Source: Atractiella rhizophila
Taxonomy: Eukaryota
Direction of reading: 5' to 3'
NCBI GenBank assembly: GCA_021432655.1
Contig: MU271688.1
Coordinates: forward strand, 1-32,111
Length of the DNA stretch: 32,111 bases
A model generated the notes under the pieces. That model was given only the letters and a program-made list of their open reading frames with translations. It did not search any database and was not told the DNA's origin. How positions within the stretch are numbered: position 1 is the first letter of the stretch; the number at the start of each line of letters is the position of its first letter. The position numbers were made by a program, and so were the translations under genes. Shown piece by piece: positions 10,363-22,629 of this stretch.

Positions 10363-13300
10363 TTTCATGTAATGGACACCTGGGCAAAAAGAGAATGGCA
10401 CAACTCTTGGTGGTTAAACGATTTTGATGGCTTTGCTGAGTGTAAACAAGGCGGCGAAAAAAAGCAGTGAGTAATATCGACGTCGCAGGGATTTACTAAT
10501 GTTTAGCAAGGGGAACATGAATTTTCCGTCTCGGAGTGCACTGCAGGCTGTCCGGGAGATCACATGTACAACACAGGCAACAACAGGTTGGTGAGATGAT
10601 ACGATCATAGGCGATATCAAAATGAGGGCAAAGATACAGTCATAGACAATGTTAACCTCACCAACGACGACAACATCATGGGTGATGACAGCGTGGTAGA
10701 GGGAAGCGGCGAATCATCTCGTGTGAAGTCTCCCCCACCACCTCCACAATTTGTCAGACCTTTACACCAATTTGACGACATCAAATCCACTCCGAGCTTC
10801 CAAACGTTCTCACGTTGCAGCCCTGCAGGTTCTCCTGCATTGCGTCGGCACCACATAGAGTGTCGTTGCTTCTTTGCTTGAATCGATGTTCTCTTGGTTG
10901 CGTCTTGTTGTGGTGGTAGATGGACGCTGGCCAGGGTTAGGATGAGTTGGTTGGCATTAAGAGTGGTCGAAAAGAGAGCAGAGCTGTCGCGCTTTGTAAG
11001 GTCTGTCGAATCAGCAAGGCAGAGAAACAAATTATGGAGCCCCTCAACACAGCGTAACTGTCAGATCCACCTGCTACAACAACTGGTGAGAAGGAAAAAT
11101 TGACCCCTGGGAGTTTGCCGATTCAGTCCCCACAAAGTCGCACGCTTGCCTAAACCTTACTTTTTGCTCCTGTCCAGGAAATGTGAGTAACTCTCTGCAG
11201 GGTATCAAGTGTTGACTTGTTGCCAAAAGGGTGATCGGAAGACCAGGCGTCGACTTTCCAGTCATCTGTCCCTGGAAAGATCCTCCACCTTTTGTAAGGT
11301 GGAGCTCAGAGGAACCTCGGTCCAGTCTTGGATGGCTACTCGAAGGAGAATTATACCGATCCATGAGCATGGAGTTCTTGAACAGGCCAGATGGAAATGC
11401 TGACAAAGCTGCCTCATCTTTGTGCTAAAAAGTGGGAGAGTGAGAACATGTTCGTCAATCCCTGAACCGCCCTTCGATATCTTACTACATTTAATGTGTT
11501 AAAGGGAAGGTCCACTTGCTGGATTTGACTTCTTGAAAGATGGGGATTTTATTACTGTGCTCACATTTGCAATGAACACATCAAAGACGCTGCTGAACAA
11601 AGCAGTGGATGAAGTGTATGTGCAGAGAGGAAAGAAAGTGTTTGGAATAAAGGAGGATCCTCAATGGTATTGGGTTGGTGGAAGAAGATCCAGGGAGTAG
11701 TCTAGCATTTACAAAAGGCTGCATTGTCTAGCTAAGTAGATGACTGGATAATCAAGATAATCATAGTGTATTACTTTGTTGCCTGTTGGTATTATTGCCC
11801 CTGTATCAATGCTAACCCTTCCATATCCTCACATGCAGCATACTGTCCTCTCCTTCATCATGAGCCTCACACAGAATGTCTTTGAAGTTAATGCCATAAG
11901 TCTTGTTGCAGGAATGTGTCTTTGTGCAACCCAGTGGAGTTGATTTGGTAGCTATAGATCAAATGACCTTTTGGCTCAAAAGTGAGCAGCAAATAGGATA
12001 GTCAGGGGTCAAAGGCTAGATGAATACGACTGGTATGTGCAGTTCTTGTCTCATACTCTTCAAGAGGTATATTGATGACATCTTTGCCCTCACCCTGGAA
12101 TACGGGACCAAGTGGAAGCCTTTGTCAATGAGTGCAACTCTTTGAACCCCACAATACGTCTCACACACAATATGTCCACTGAGTCAGTGGACTTCCTTGA
12201 TCTCACCATCTATAAGGACAAGGAACTGTCCTTGACGACTGGCCACCATGATCTTTCAAAAGAAGGTGAATCAGTACCTCTATCTTCCCTTTCACTCATA
12301 CCATGAGCATAAACAGAAGACTGGGTTCATCAAAGGAGAAGCCATCAGATAAGTTAGGGCATGCTCAAGTGTCAAAGAATTTGACAAGATGATCCCACTC
12401 TCTACAGTATGCCTGGATACCCCCTCAAGATCATAAGGTCACAACTATCTATGGTCATGCACAAAGATCACTGGCTCTATCTCGAAGAGAAGGAGAATAA
12501 GGAAGATATCCTCCCACTCCTCTTCAAAGTGGAGTCGAACCCATACCCAGAAACGGACAGGATTTGCCGCCTCCTGGATGAATTTGCCTCTACTGTCACA
12601 GAACTTCTTGGAATCAACTTCATGCATTCATGCACCAAGCATGAAGAAAGCTCATTTCAGCCTTTAAAAGTGGGGAGGATCATGGGAAAATATACAACTC
12701 GTAGTTTAGATCAAGTTATATTGTGCTGCAACTTTCATCTATAACTAGTATTTCCGAACATAACCGTCTTACAATTACACGGTTACTCAGGTGCAGCCAG
12801 TTATGAAGCTCATCCAGCAATCATAAGGCTCTTTCACCGTAGCAAATATCCATGTCTAACAGACATAAACTTACCTGAGCCGCTAGCATTTATTTTCTCC
12901 CAACTCACGACCTTACCCTCGCTTTGCTTTGGTGGCATGGCATGCATGCAATGTCATTCTGTCATTCTGCACAATTGCCAGAATGTGTGGTAGTTTCACG
13001 TAGAGTTTCACGCATTCGAGGTTCACCAAATATTTCACAGCTTTTCTTCAACAGAAAATGTGAAGAGTCGACGACCTGCTACCGAGACACTTCCTGAGGT
13101 ACTTGATACGGCGTAGAGAGGAGCGAAATCTTTTATTTGGCGCGTACAGAGTAATAGAACCGGTGGTGAGAGGTCAGTCCATGTTTTTTGCAGAAAGAAT
13201 GGGAATGTTCTGTGGGAGAATGAAGATGCAAGAATCTCTTTCTTTAAGCGCCCCCTTAGTCCCGGTTGAGGGCTCGCTCATTTGTTTGTTTCAAGTGAAA

Positions 13301-13496
13301 TTGAAGCAGATGTTTTGGTTTTGCCATGCTCATGCGCTTTGAAGCAAACTTAGCTTTCTTTCGCGAATTGCTGGGAAACTCCTTGAACAATAACAGCCAT
13401 AGTATGCCTTGGATTCAAATTGATGAGACATCCTTAATATGAGTTCCAGACATTCTTTGCGGAGAGGAGGTTTATCGTTTCCCAACTCCTCAATGA
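10363..13496. repeat. Tandem duplication, copy 1 (~3.13 kb)
   Basis: Begins TTTCATGTAATGGACACCTGGGC and ends CCCAACTCCTCAATG. Near-identical to 13497-16639, and the same ORFs recur in the ORF track at a ~3.13-kb offset. Confidence 0.97.
11870..12560 (+). mobile_element. Penelope-like element reverse transcriptase relic (copy 1)
   Basis: Fragments QNVFEVN, LFKRYIDDIF (YIDD at 12068-12079), VEAFVNECNSLNPTIRLTHNMSTESVDFLDLTIYK, FQKKVNQYLYLPFHSYHEHKQKTGFIKGEAIR*VRACSS and GYPLKII match the PLE-type RT palm and thumb. Several frameshifts and a stop. Confidence 0.82.
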
Positions 13497-16400
13497 TTTC
13501 ATGTAATGGACACCTGGGCAAAAAGAGAATGGCACAACTCTTGGTTGTTAAACGATTTTGATGGCTTTGCTGAGTGTAAACAAGGTGGCAAAAAAAAGCA
13601 GTGAGTAATATTCGACATCGCAGGGATTTACTAATGTTTAGCAAGGGGAACATGAATTTTCCGTCGGAGTGCACTGCAGGCTGTCCGGGAGATCACATGT
13701 ACAACACAGGCAACGACAGGTTGGTGAGATGATACGATCATAGGCGATATCAAAATGAGGGCAAAGATACAGACATAGACAATGTTAACCTCACCAACGA
13801 CGACAACATCATGGGTGATGACAGCGTGGCAGAGGGAAGCGGCAAATCATCTCGTGTGAAGTCTCCCCCACCACCTCCACAATTTGTCAGACCTTTACAC
13901 CAACATGACGACATCGAATCCACTCCGAGCTTCCAAACGTTCTCACGTTGCAGCCCTGCAGGTTCTCCTGCATTGCGTCGGCACCACATAGAGTGACGTT
14001 GCTTCTTTGCTTGAATCGATGTTCTCTTGGTTGCGTCTTGTTGTGGTGGTAGATGGACGCTGGCCAGGGTTAGGATGAGTTGGTTGGCATTAAGAGTGGT
14101 CGAAAAGAGAGCAGAGCTGTCGTGCTTTGTAAGGTCTGTCGAACCAGCAAGGCAGAGAAACAAATTATGGAGCCCCTCAACACGGCATAACTGTCAGATC
14201 CACCTGCTGCAACAACTGGTGAGAAGGAAAAATTGACCCCTGGGGGTTTGCGGGATTCAGTCCCCACAAAGTCGCAAGCTTGCCTAAACCTTACTTTTTG
14301 CTCCTGTCCAGGAAATGTGAGTAACTCTCTGCAGGGTATCAAGTGTTGACTTGTTGCCAAAAGTGTGATCGGAAGACCAGGTGTCGACTTTCCAGTCATC
14401 TGTCCCTGGAAAGACCCTCCACCCTTTGTAAGGTGGAGCTCAGAGGAACCTCGGTCCAGTCTTGGATGGCTACTCGAAGGAGAATTATACCGATCCATGA
14501 GCATGGAGTTCTTGAACAGGCCAGATGGAAATGCTGACAAGCTGCCTCATCTTTGTGCTAAAAAGTGGGAGAGTGAGAACATGTTCGTCAATCCCTGAAC
14601 CGCCCTTCGATATCTTACTACATTTAATGTGTTAAAGGGAAGGTCCACTTGCTGGATTTGACTTCTTGAAAGATGGGGATTTTATTACTGTGCTCACATT
14701 TGCAATGAACACATCAAAGACGCTGCTGAACAAAGCAGTGGATGAAGTGTATGTGCAGAGAGGAAAGAAAGTGTTTGGAATAAAGGAGGATCCTCAATGG
14801 TATTGGGTTGGTGGAAGAAGATCCAGGGAGTAGTCTAGCATTTACAAAAGGCTGCATTGTCTAGCTAAGTAGATGACTGGATAATCAAGATAATCATAGT
14901 GTATTACTTTGTTGCCTGTTGGTATTATTGCCCCTGTATCAATGCTAACCCTTCCATATCCTCACGTGCAGCCTACTGTCCTCTCCCTCATCATGAGCCT
15001 CACACAGAATGTCTTTGAAGTTAATGCCATAAGTCTTGTTGCAGGAATGTGTCTTTGTGCATCCCAGTGGAGTTGATTTGGTAGCTATAGATCAAATGAC
15101 CTTTTGGCTCAAAAGTGAGAAACAAAGAGGACAGTCAGGGGTCAAAGGCTAGATGAATATGACTGGTATGTGCTGTTCTTGTCTCATACTCTTCAAGAGA
15201 TATATTGATGACATCTTTGCCCTCACCCTGGAATATAGGACCAAGTGGAAGCCTTTGTCAATGAGTGCAACTCTTTGAACCCCACAATACGTCTCATACA
15301 CAATATGTCCACTGAGTCTGTGGACTTCCTTGATCTCACCATCTATAAGGACAAGGAACTGTCCTTGACGACTGGCCACCAAGATCTTTCAAAAGAAGGT
15401 GAATCAGTACCTCTATCTTCCCTTTCACTCATACCATGAGCATAAACAGAAGACTGGGTTCATCAAAGGAGAAGCCATCAGATAAGTTAGGGCATGCTCA
15501 AGTGTCAAAGAATTTGACAAGATGATCCCACTCTCTACGGTATGCCTGGATACCCCCTCAAGATCATAAGGTCACAACTATCTATGGTCATGCACAAAGA
15601 TCACTGGCGCTATCTCGAAGAGAAGGAGAATAAGAAAGATCTTCAAAGTGGAGTCGAACCCATACCCAGAAACGGACGGGATTTGCCGCCTCCTGGATGA
15701 ATTTGCCTCTACTGTCACAGAACTTCTTGGAATCAACTTCATGCATTCATGCACCAAGCGTGAAGAAAGCTCATTTCAGCCTTCAAAAGTGGGGAGGATC
15801 AAGGGAAAATAAACAACTCGTAGTTTAGATCAAGTTATGTTGTGCTGCAACTTTCATCTATAACTAGTATTTCCGAACATAACCGTCTTCCCGTACACTG
15901 ACACGGTTACTCAGGTGCAGCCAGTTATGAAGCTCATCCAGCAATCATAAGGCTCTTTCACCGTAACAAATATCCATGTCTAACAGACGTAAACTTACCT
16001 GAGCCGCTAGCATTTATTTTCTTCCACCTCACGTCCTTACCCTCGCATTACTTTGGTGGCATGGCATGCATGCAATGTCATTCTGTCATTCTGCACAATT
16101 GCCAGAATGTGTGGTGTTTGGGAAACTTTCATGATAGTTTCACGTAGAGTTTCACGCATTCGAGGTTCACCAAATATTTCACAGCTTTTCTTCAACAGAA
16201 AATGTGAGGAGTCGACGACCTGCTACCGAGACACTTCCTGAGGTACTTGATACGGCGTAGAGAGGAGCGAAATCTTTTATTTGGCGCGTACAGAGTAATA
16301 GAACCGGTGGTGAGAGGTCAGTCCATGTTTTTTGCAGAAAGAATGGGAATGTTCTGTGGGAGAATGAAGATGCAAGAATCTCTTTCTTTAAGCGCCCCCT

Positions 16401-16639
16401 TAGTCCCGGTTGAGGGCTCGCTCATTTGTTTGTTTCAAGTGAAATTGAAGCAGATGTTTTGGTTTTGCCATGCTCATGCGCTTTGAAGCAAACTTAGCTT
16501 TCTTTCGCGAATTGCTGGGAAACTCCTTGAACAATAACAGCCATAGTATGCCTTGGATTCAAATTGATGAGACATCCTTAATATGAGTTCCAGACATTCT
16601 TTGCGGAGAGGAGGTTTATCGTTTCCCAACTCCTCAATG
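13497..16639. repeat. Tandem duplication, copy 2
   Basis: Same start and end strings as copy 1. Differs by scattered substitutions, a ~14-nt deletion near 15640 and ~20 extra nt near 16115-16135. Confidence 0.97.
15003..15680 (+). mobile_element. Penelope-like element reverse transcriptase relic (copy 2)
   Basis: Same motifs as copy 1; YIDD at 15201-15212. Confidence 0.82.
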
Positions 16640-16697
16640 GTTACTTTCACAATGTTCCGCAACTGAACTGCTCTAAACAGCGGCTTCCCCATTCACG

Positions 16698-17522
16698 ATG
16701 CCCGTACGACCACCCCTTCCCATCTCGCGACGATTTCTATCCTCGCCTCCACCAACAATGCACCGACCAGCGCTTTCGTCCCTCCTTCGGTTAGTCAACA
16801 ATTCCTACGCAACGGCATCCACGTCTCCTTTGGTTCCACGAGATCAGCATCGCTACATCATTCACGTCCGGTGTCACAAGCACAATACTCATTTTACCCT
16901 CTCCTACCTCGATTCTCACCCTACTGGTGTTCCGCTCGAACGAGCAGCGAAAGCTGGAGGCATCCTGAAGGAGCGGGAAAGCACGGCTCCTGTTTCAGAG
17001 AAAGAGGCAGAGTGGGCATTGGCGAATCCGTACGGTGTACGGCAGCCTTATTCCAAGGTCGTGATTGCGATGACTCCTGGAAACCTGGGATTTAAAAAAG
17101 CACAGCGAAAGTCCCCGGAGGCTGTCACCATGGCCTTTCTTCGATTTATCTCCCTTATAAACCACCACCTCATCCTTCGAGGACGCGCACCTCGGACTGC
17201 ACTTCCCTCACACATGCTTACACCCGCAACAGAGGATGGAGATGAAGAGGGTTCATCGTCGTACCGCAAACACTTGCCCGCTCCCAGCCTTGATCCAACT
17301 TCCGTATACAGCAAACGAATGGCTCTTTGGCCTGAACCGACCGACATCCACTTCTATCTTGGCGGTAACCCGATTGGAGGGTCGGGACGGAATGTAGTCA
17401 TTGAGTTATTGACGACGTCGAAAGAGGCGGATAGGCTCAGGAAGAAGATCACCGTGGTTGGAGATAATACCAAAGTCCCGTTGATCGGAGTGCGACCAAA
17501 GAAGAAGCGACGGCTGCAGTGA
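16698..17522 (+). CDS. uS11m: Mitochondrial small-subunit ribosomal protein uS11m (yeast Mrps18 / human MRPS11 family)
   Basis: Intronless 274-aa ORF with an Arg/Ser/Leu-rich presequence-like N-terminus and S11 motifs IIHVRCHKHNTHFTLS, GNLGFKKAQRKSPEA, GSGR and ITVVGDNTKVPLIGVRPKKKRRL. Confidence 0.88.
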   Translation: MPVRPPLPISRRFLSSPPPTMHRPALSSLLRLVNNSYATASTSPLVPRDQHRYIIHVRCHKHNTHFTLSYLDSHPTGVPLERAAKAGGILKERESTAPVSEKEAEWALANPYGVRQPYSKVVIAMTPGNLGFKKAQRKSPEAVTMAFLRFISLINHHLILRGRAPRTALPSHMLTPATEDGDEEGSSSYRKHLPAPSLDPTSVYSKRMALWPEPTDIHFYLGGNPIGGSGRNVVIELLTTSKEADRLRKKITVVGDNTKVPLIGVRPKKKRRLQ

Positions 17523-17804
17523 TCCCAAAAGTACTACTATGGTATATTTGCGTATATTGTACACCGTTATCTAGTTGGAAATGCAGTCCATCTTTCTTTA
17601 CCTCTCTGCAGCGTTATCTAACTTCCTCCTGAACTTCAGCCTAAGTCTCCTCTCTTTCTACTTTGCCCTGCATCCTTTATTTGTTCTGCCCTCACCTTGC
17701 CACAGCTGTTGCTGTCATTTCCATTTGCATCGAGTTCATCACCAACACTGATGATTGTAAGGAAATACTTAGTAGGCAACCATTCTTGCAAAAAGACTGT
17801 GGAC

Positions 17805-19839
17805 TCAGTACTCATCAATGCAGAACTTCAGGTTGGCGATATGTTCGGTCATTTTAACTGCTGGTCCGGTGCAACACTTGACATCGAAGGTAGTCAGGGA
17901 TTTGAGGGATTTGAGTTGTTGATGCTGTCGAAGACGAATAGGTGTTTGGCTACAATGTTCAGAACATTCCACCACGATAAATATATTGTACCACCTTAAT
18001 CAGTCAGAAATGGCGTACATCTTTCTTTACACCATTTTTACTTCCGTTATCCTTCGTCCCCACCAACTGTCCTTCCAACCCTCCACCGTTTCGAGGTCAG
18101 TTTCCCACCCACCTACTCCCATCCACTCGTTTTGTTTAGCATCGTTGTCCAATCTCCCTCTGGTGCTTTCAAAAGTTAACAGCTTGTTCTCCTCCCAAAT
18201 GTTGGTAGTCGCGATTCGCTGACGAATCGTATGTTCGTCCGGCTTCTCTAACAAACTTCCACAGTACTCGACGATCCTTTCCACATCTTTTCGTTCCTGA
18301 CTTTGGGGATCCCTTTGAAAGATTTGAGCTGGGTCCCGCAAAAAGGCAGAACTGTGCTTCCATATCGAATGACGTCGCTCGTAATTGGGTAGCTGCCGTT
18401 CACATTCCAGCAGGAGGATTTGCCGGGCTAAAGGAATAAAAGAGAGATGGTAGACATATTCGAAAAAGACTGTCAATGGGTTAGTGCGTGTCGCCTGCAG
18501 GGAAGGAAAGCGTGCGTGGCCAAGTCCGTTGTGTTTGCAGCACCGTTTCAATCGTCACTCTCTCCCGCCGTGGATCGGTTGGAGCGTTGTGGAACCATAT
18601 CCAGCTTTACCAGCGATCAGTTACAGATCATAGCCAAAGAGGACGGTATTCACATCAGAGTGTTCCGCAACATTTCGAGCGATGGTAGCGGCTCCAATTT
18701 CCACCATTGCTCACTGTTCGCACCATCACAACGGTAAGGGAGATATGATGAGAAACACTTACACAAGCTTCGCACCATGTTGATGGCTCCATACGGCGAA
18801 TCCTCTCTTTTCTTTCTTCAGGTCATTGATACGAGGCAACTCGTCCTGTGACTTGCCGTGGAAGAAGGTAATCGATTTCTCAAGACCTTGATTTGCGTTC
18901 GCTGTTACAGACGAGATCAGGGGATGTTGTATGAAGGCTAAAACGTACGAATGTAACGCAGAATGCCACCAAAACGCCTTCGTGTCAATTCGGGCTTAGA
19001 AAAGAAGCCAGACAGATCACTGGGAACTCGAAGCAGATCAAAGTCTTTGGTTTCAGATTCGTCCAATGTGCAATACTCTGGACCGACAATAAATTTTCGC
19101 ACTTGATCCATCATTGTTTCAAGTCTGCTGTAACAGTAAGATGGGAAATCAGTGATAAAGGATGTACCCTTCCCATGACCAATAGGAACTAGAAGGCAGG
19201 TTAGGACCTGATGTGATGTTTACACTCAACCGTGAGATGAGCTCCTTATTTGCGTTCCTCTGAGAAATTCTTCCAGTGATTGTGATGGATGGAATCCCCT
19301 CCTTTGGGACTGAATGGTTGGCACGCTCCTTGTTCTGTATAACGCTCTGCTCTCGTTTTGTTTGAGGTGCTGGTTTGGTGTTTATTTTCATTTTCCCAGC
19401 TTCGACTGGACCTGGTTCCTCCCCCTGACCCAAACTTGTGGTTCGCGGTGACTTCAACTCTCTCCGATGCCTTTTCGAGGGTCGCTCTGCGTCCTGCTCT
19501 TGAAATTGAGCGTCCCGTCGCTTCTTACGTTCGACTAAATGAGCAGGCTCAGCTTCCGGTCCTGAACCGCTCGTTTCTGCGAATCGCTAATGTCAGCGGG
19601 CTTAGATAGGATGATAAAGGATTGGGCTCGCCAGCATCTCCTGCCACATCGTTACTTCCTTCACCATCATCTGTTGCGTCTTGCGCTTTAGCTTCCCGCA
19701 ACCGTCTCTGCCTCTCCAGGAAGTCCTTTTGAAATGTGCTGAGCGTATTCTCCAGTCGATCCTGCCAGGATGTTGTCGATTCTGGGCTGAATCGTAATCT
19801 ATCGATTATCGGTTTTGTCTCCTCCGCGTCAGAATCCAT
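17805..19839 (-). CDS. Hypothetical multi-exon protein; exon structure and ends uncertain
   Basis: Minus-strand coding-like blocks (MDSDAEETKP..., RKKRRDAQ...SKRHRR, RLETMMDQVRKF..., FEYVYHLSF...WKDSWWGRR) separated by short GT...AG segments. Family not recognised. Confidence 0.55.
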
Positions 19840-20630
19840 CAGGCTGTAAAGAAAAGTCGAAAGCACAATTAGCTGTCCATACATACGCTGAAGACAGACC
19901 AGATGTACATATTCGCTGGTCAACATTCAAAAAAGACGGGGTCTGTTGCTGTGGGATAATAAGACAAGACAACTAAAATCGAAGTCCAACCCATCCTACA
20001 TTCATATCACGCTGCCATTTCACTGCTTTGATTTACGCCTTACTGGTCACGTGATCCATGAATCTCAAGGCTTCTCGTCACCCAATAATATTGGACACAA
20101 CTATGAATGTTGAGCCAAGGTCCTGTCTGCTCTATATCATGAGCAGGGCGTTGAACATTATACCAATTCTTCGAAAGAAATCTGGATATGAAGATGAACA
20201 GCACACCTGTGCTTCCCCCGTAATACTACTACTAGTAGACGGTCTGTGACGATGTCGAATTTCTACTTAATCCACCAACATCTCCACTTCAGAGTGAGCG
20301 CGTCAATAAAAAACATGGACGTCGCGTCGGTTGTGCACGCATGGTCGCCATTTTCCTAGAAGGGGAGGAGCCGACCATGATTTGTGCATTTGGCGGATGA
20401 ACTTCCATTCATTCAGGGTCCCAATGAGGCAGCCGTCGAAGTGCAGACGTGCTGAGCTAGGGACAGGTTCAACACTAGGAAGACCGAGAAAGAGTGATAT
20501 GTGAGCCATACTCCTTCAAGTTGGCTATAGAACTGTAAATAGAACTGAGCATTCATAGACTGCTACCCTTGTGTACTAATTGACCGCACAATATACAATC
20601 CTGATACAATCTGTATCAACTCTGGACGCA

Positions 20631-21869
20631 ATGACAGCTTGCGTTGGATTTGGCGCTCTCCCGATCGAGTTGCAGCTCCACATCCTGCCTTTCTGCACGG
20701 GGAGCCAGAAGACCCTCTCCCTCATCTGCCGGCCCATCCGTTCTCTCGTCCTCCCTATCCTTTTCTCGACTCTGTCCCTCTCCCGCTTCCGCAATCCGGA
20801 CGGGGACCTTTCCACCTTCCTCTCCTTCCCTCCTCACCTGGGCGCACACGTGCGGAACCTCAAACTGTGCATCGGGGATGTTTGGGACGGGTCTCAGATG
20901 GCGGAAATGTTGAAGGCCGTTTTGCTTTGGGATTGGAGGATGGAGGTTGAAGGGGTAGAGGTTTGGATGGAACAGGGCTCATTGAATTGGCAGGCGGTCG
21001 CGGCCTTTTCTCGTCCTCTCTGCGCCGCCATCACCGCACTCCAACCGAAACAGTTGCGGCTGGAGATCGGGTCTCGCTTGGATGGGTTCCTCTTCCGTAA
21101 GGAGTGCACGGTGTGGAACACCGACCTTTTGGCTTGTTCGTACCTCCATCTCACCCATCTACACCTCGCCATCGCCTTCTTCGCGCGCGATGTCTTCGAG
21201 TCCCTCAAATCCCTCCACCTCCAGTCCCTCACGATCGCACTCTTCCGCTCCTTCAGCTCCCTGCGAGGTTATTATGGCCCATCCCCCGATCCCGCCTGCT
21301 ATCCTTCCCACATCAAGCATCTCCATATCCAATCGCTCGATTCAGAAACCTCTGAATGCCCAATCTCCTTCGACGTACTCCATGCTCTGCTCTACGCCTG
21401 TCAAGATACGTTGGAGAAGGTGACGCTATCGAGCCTGCTGGTGATCGGCTTCCATGCTCAATCGCTTTCCCTCCCCCTCCCAAACCTCTCCCTGCCAAAA
21501 CTGAAGAAAGTGAAACTATACCGAATCTTCGAGTCCAGCCTCGAGGTCGACGCCTTCCTTACCAACCGGATCTTCCAACATTCGCCAGCGAAGGAGCTGG
21601 AGATAGTGAGGGACATGGACAACGATACGCTGGACGCTGTACTAGGATCGGAAGTAGCTCGAATTCTCGCCAACAATGGAGCAAGGGTACAGAACCTCTC
21701 GTTTGAGAGTGGCCCACAAGGGATGCTGGAGGAGCTGGTGAGGAAGAGGAGGGCAGGCGAGAAAGTGTGGAGTGGGTTGGAGGTTGTGAGAGTGAACGAG
21801 TGGAGCAAGAGAGGGTGCGATGCCCTTAGAGAATGTGGCTTTCGCGTTATGGTTCTGAGGGAAACTTGA
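20631..21869 (+). CDS. F-box-like protein with Leu-rich (RNI-like) C-terminal region
   Basis: Intronless 412-aa ORF from the ATG at 20631. N-terminal LPIELQLHILPF...LSLICRPIRSLVLPILFSTLSL is F-box-like; LxxLxL repeats follow (HLTHLHL, HLQSLTI, IKHLHI, LPKLKKVKL). Confidence 0.7.
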   Translation: MTACVGFGALPIELQLHILPFCTGSQKTLSLICRPIRSLVLPILFSTLSLSRFRNPDGDLSTFLSFPPHLGAHVRNLKLCIGDVWDGSQMAEMLKAVLLWDWRMEVEGVEVWMEQGSLNWQAVAAFSRPLCAAITALQPKQLRLEIGSRLDGFLFRKECTVWNTDLLACSYLHLTHLHLAIAFFARDVFESLKSLHLQSLTIALFRSFSSLRGYYGPSPDPACYPSHIKHLHIQSLDSETSECPISFDVLHALLYACQDTLEKVTLSSLLVIGFHAQSLSLPLPNLSLPKLKKVKLYRIFESSLEVDAFLTNRIFQHSPAKELEIVRDMDNDTLDAVLGSEVARILANNGARVQNLSFESGPQGMLEELVRKRRAGEKVWSGLEVVRVNEWSKRGCDALRECGFRVMVLRET

Positions 21870-22629
21870 TCGTTCGCTGACGATTCCACGATTTGAGGAC
21901 CGCATGAAAAAGCCTTCTCTCTCCGCTTTCTTCTGCCCTGCAGAAGGGCTTGAAGTGTCACAATTCTTTCTTCCGAGGTCGTCACATACCACGTTGCGAC
22001 ACCCCGCCTGCTCACCGGTATGGCATAGGAAGTCCACTCAATTCCAACCGACTGTTGGTTGAAAAAAAATCCTGCTGTTGGATACGATTTGCCCATTAGA
22101 GTCTCAAGCAACTGCCAATTGAACATGACTGCGAAGTCAAGCTGTAATGGATCAATTGCAAATGACGATTGTTGTTCTTGTTATTACTTTTCATTTTGAA
22201 ACAATGCAAAAATATGAAGTACGCACACGTTCGCACTGTGAGATGAAAAGTAACAAGACAGATTCCCGATTGTTTCGACAAACAAGAAGCCGAGTTAGCG
22301 TGTTCAAGCGGGGAATGCGCCGCGGTTAGGAAGCATTTTGAACAGGAAGCAACGACGATTTTGCTTCTTCCTTGAATTTTCGCTCTTTTTTTGGCTCTGA
22401 AGCACTGAAGGTTGTCGTTTGGATTGCTGCTCATTCGAGATTTCGCAGGAGATTTCGAGATTTCGAGTCGACTGGATTGCGCTGGGCGACTTCCATTTCC
22501 GTAACTTTTGTGCGTCTCTTCCCAACTCAAATTGATTGTTCTTTTCTTATCATCTGCCTATCTCTCTACCTGTTCCACCTTATTCCTCCTTGATTCAGCC
22601 GAAAAAATATAATAATTTGCAAGTCTGCG

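Noticed and set aside
12866..12937. AAACTTACCTG resembling the U1 snRNA 5' end
   Set aside because: Better explained as a minus-strand donor (CAG|GTAAGT) after a short MPPKQSEGK... exon that has a stop in copy 2. No U1 stem-loops or Sm site, and no convincing downstream exon.
10363..16639. Hammerhead ribozymes, telomeric repeats or pseudo-LTR structure expected for Penelope-like elements
   Set aside because: No CTGANGA...GAAA core or TTAGGG tract seen. The unit includes host upstream sequence, so it looks like a segmental duplication.
16474..16692. 72-aa ORF divergent from uS11m, and its chimeric version at 13330-13674
   Set aside because: Its ATG is only 5 nt from the uS11m ATG, leaving no promoter space. 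No domain; the chimera is a by-product of the junction.
20058..20509. Small ORFs between the hypothetical gene and the F-box gene
   Set aside because: Short, no motifs, and compatible with chance.
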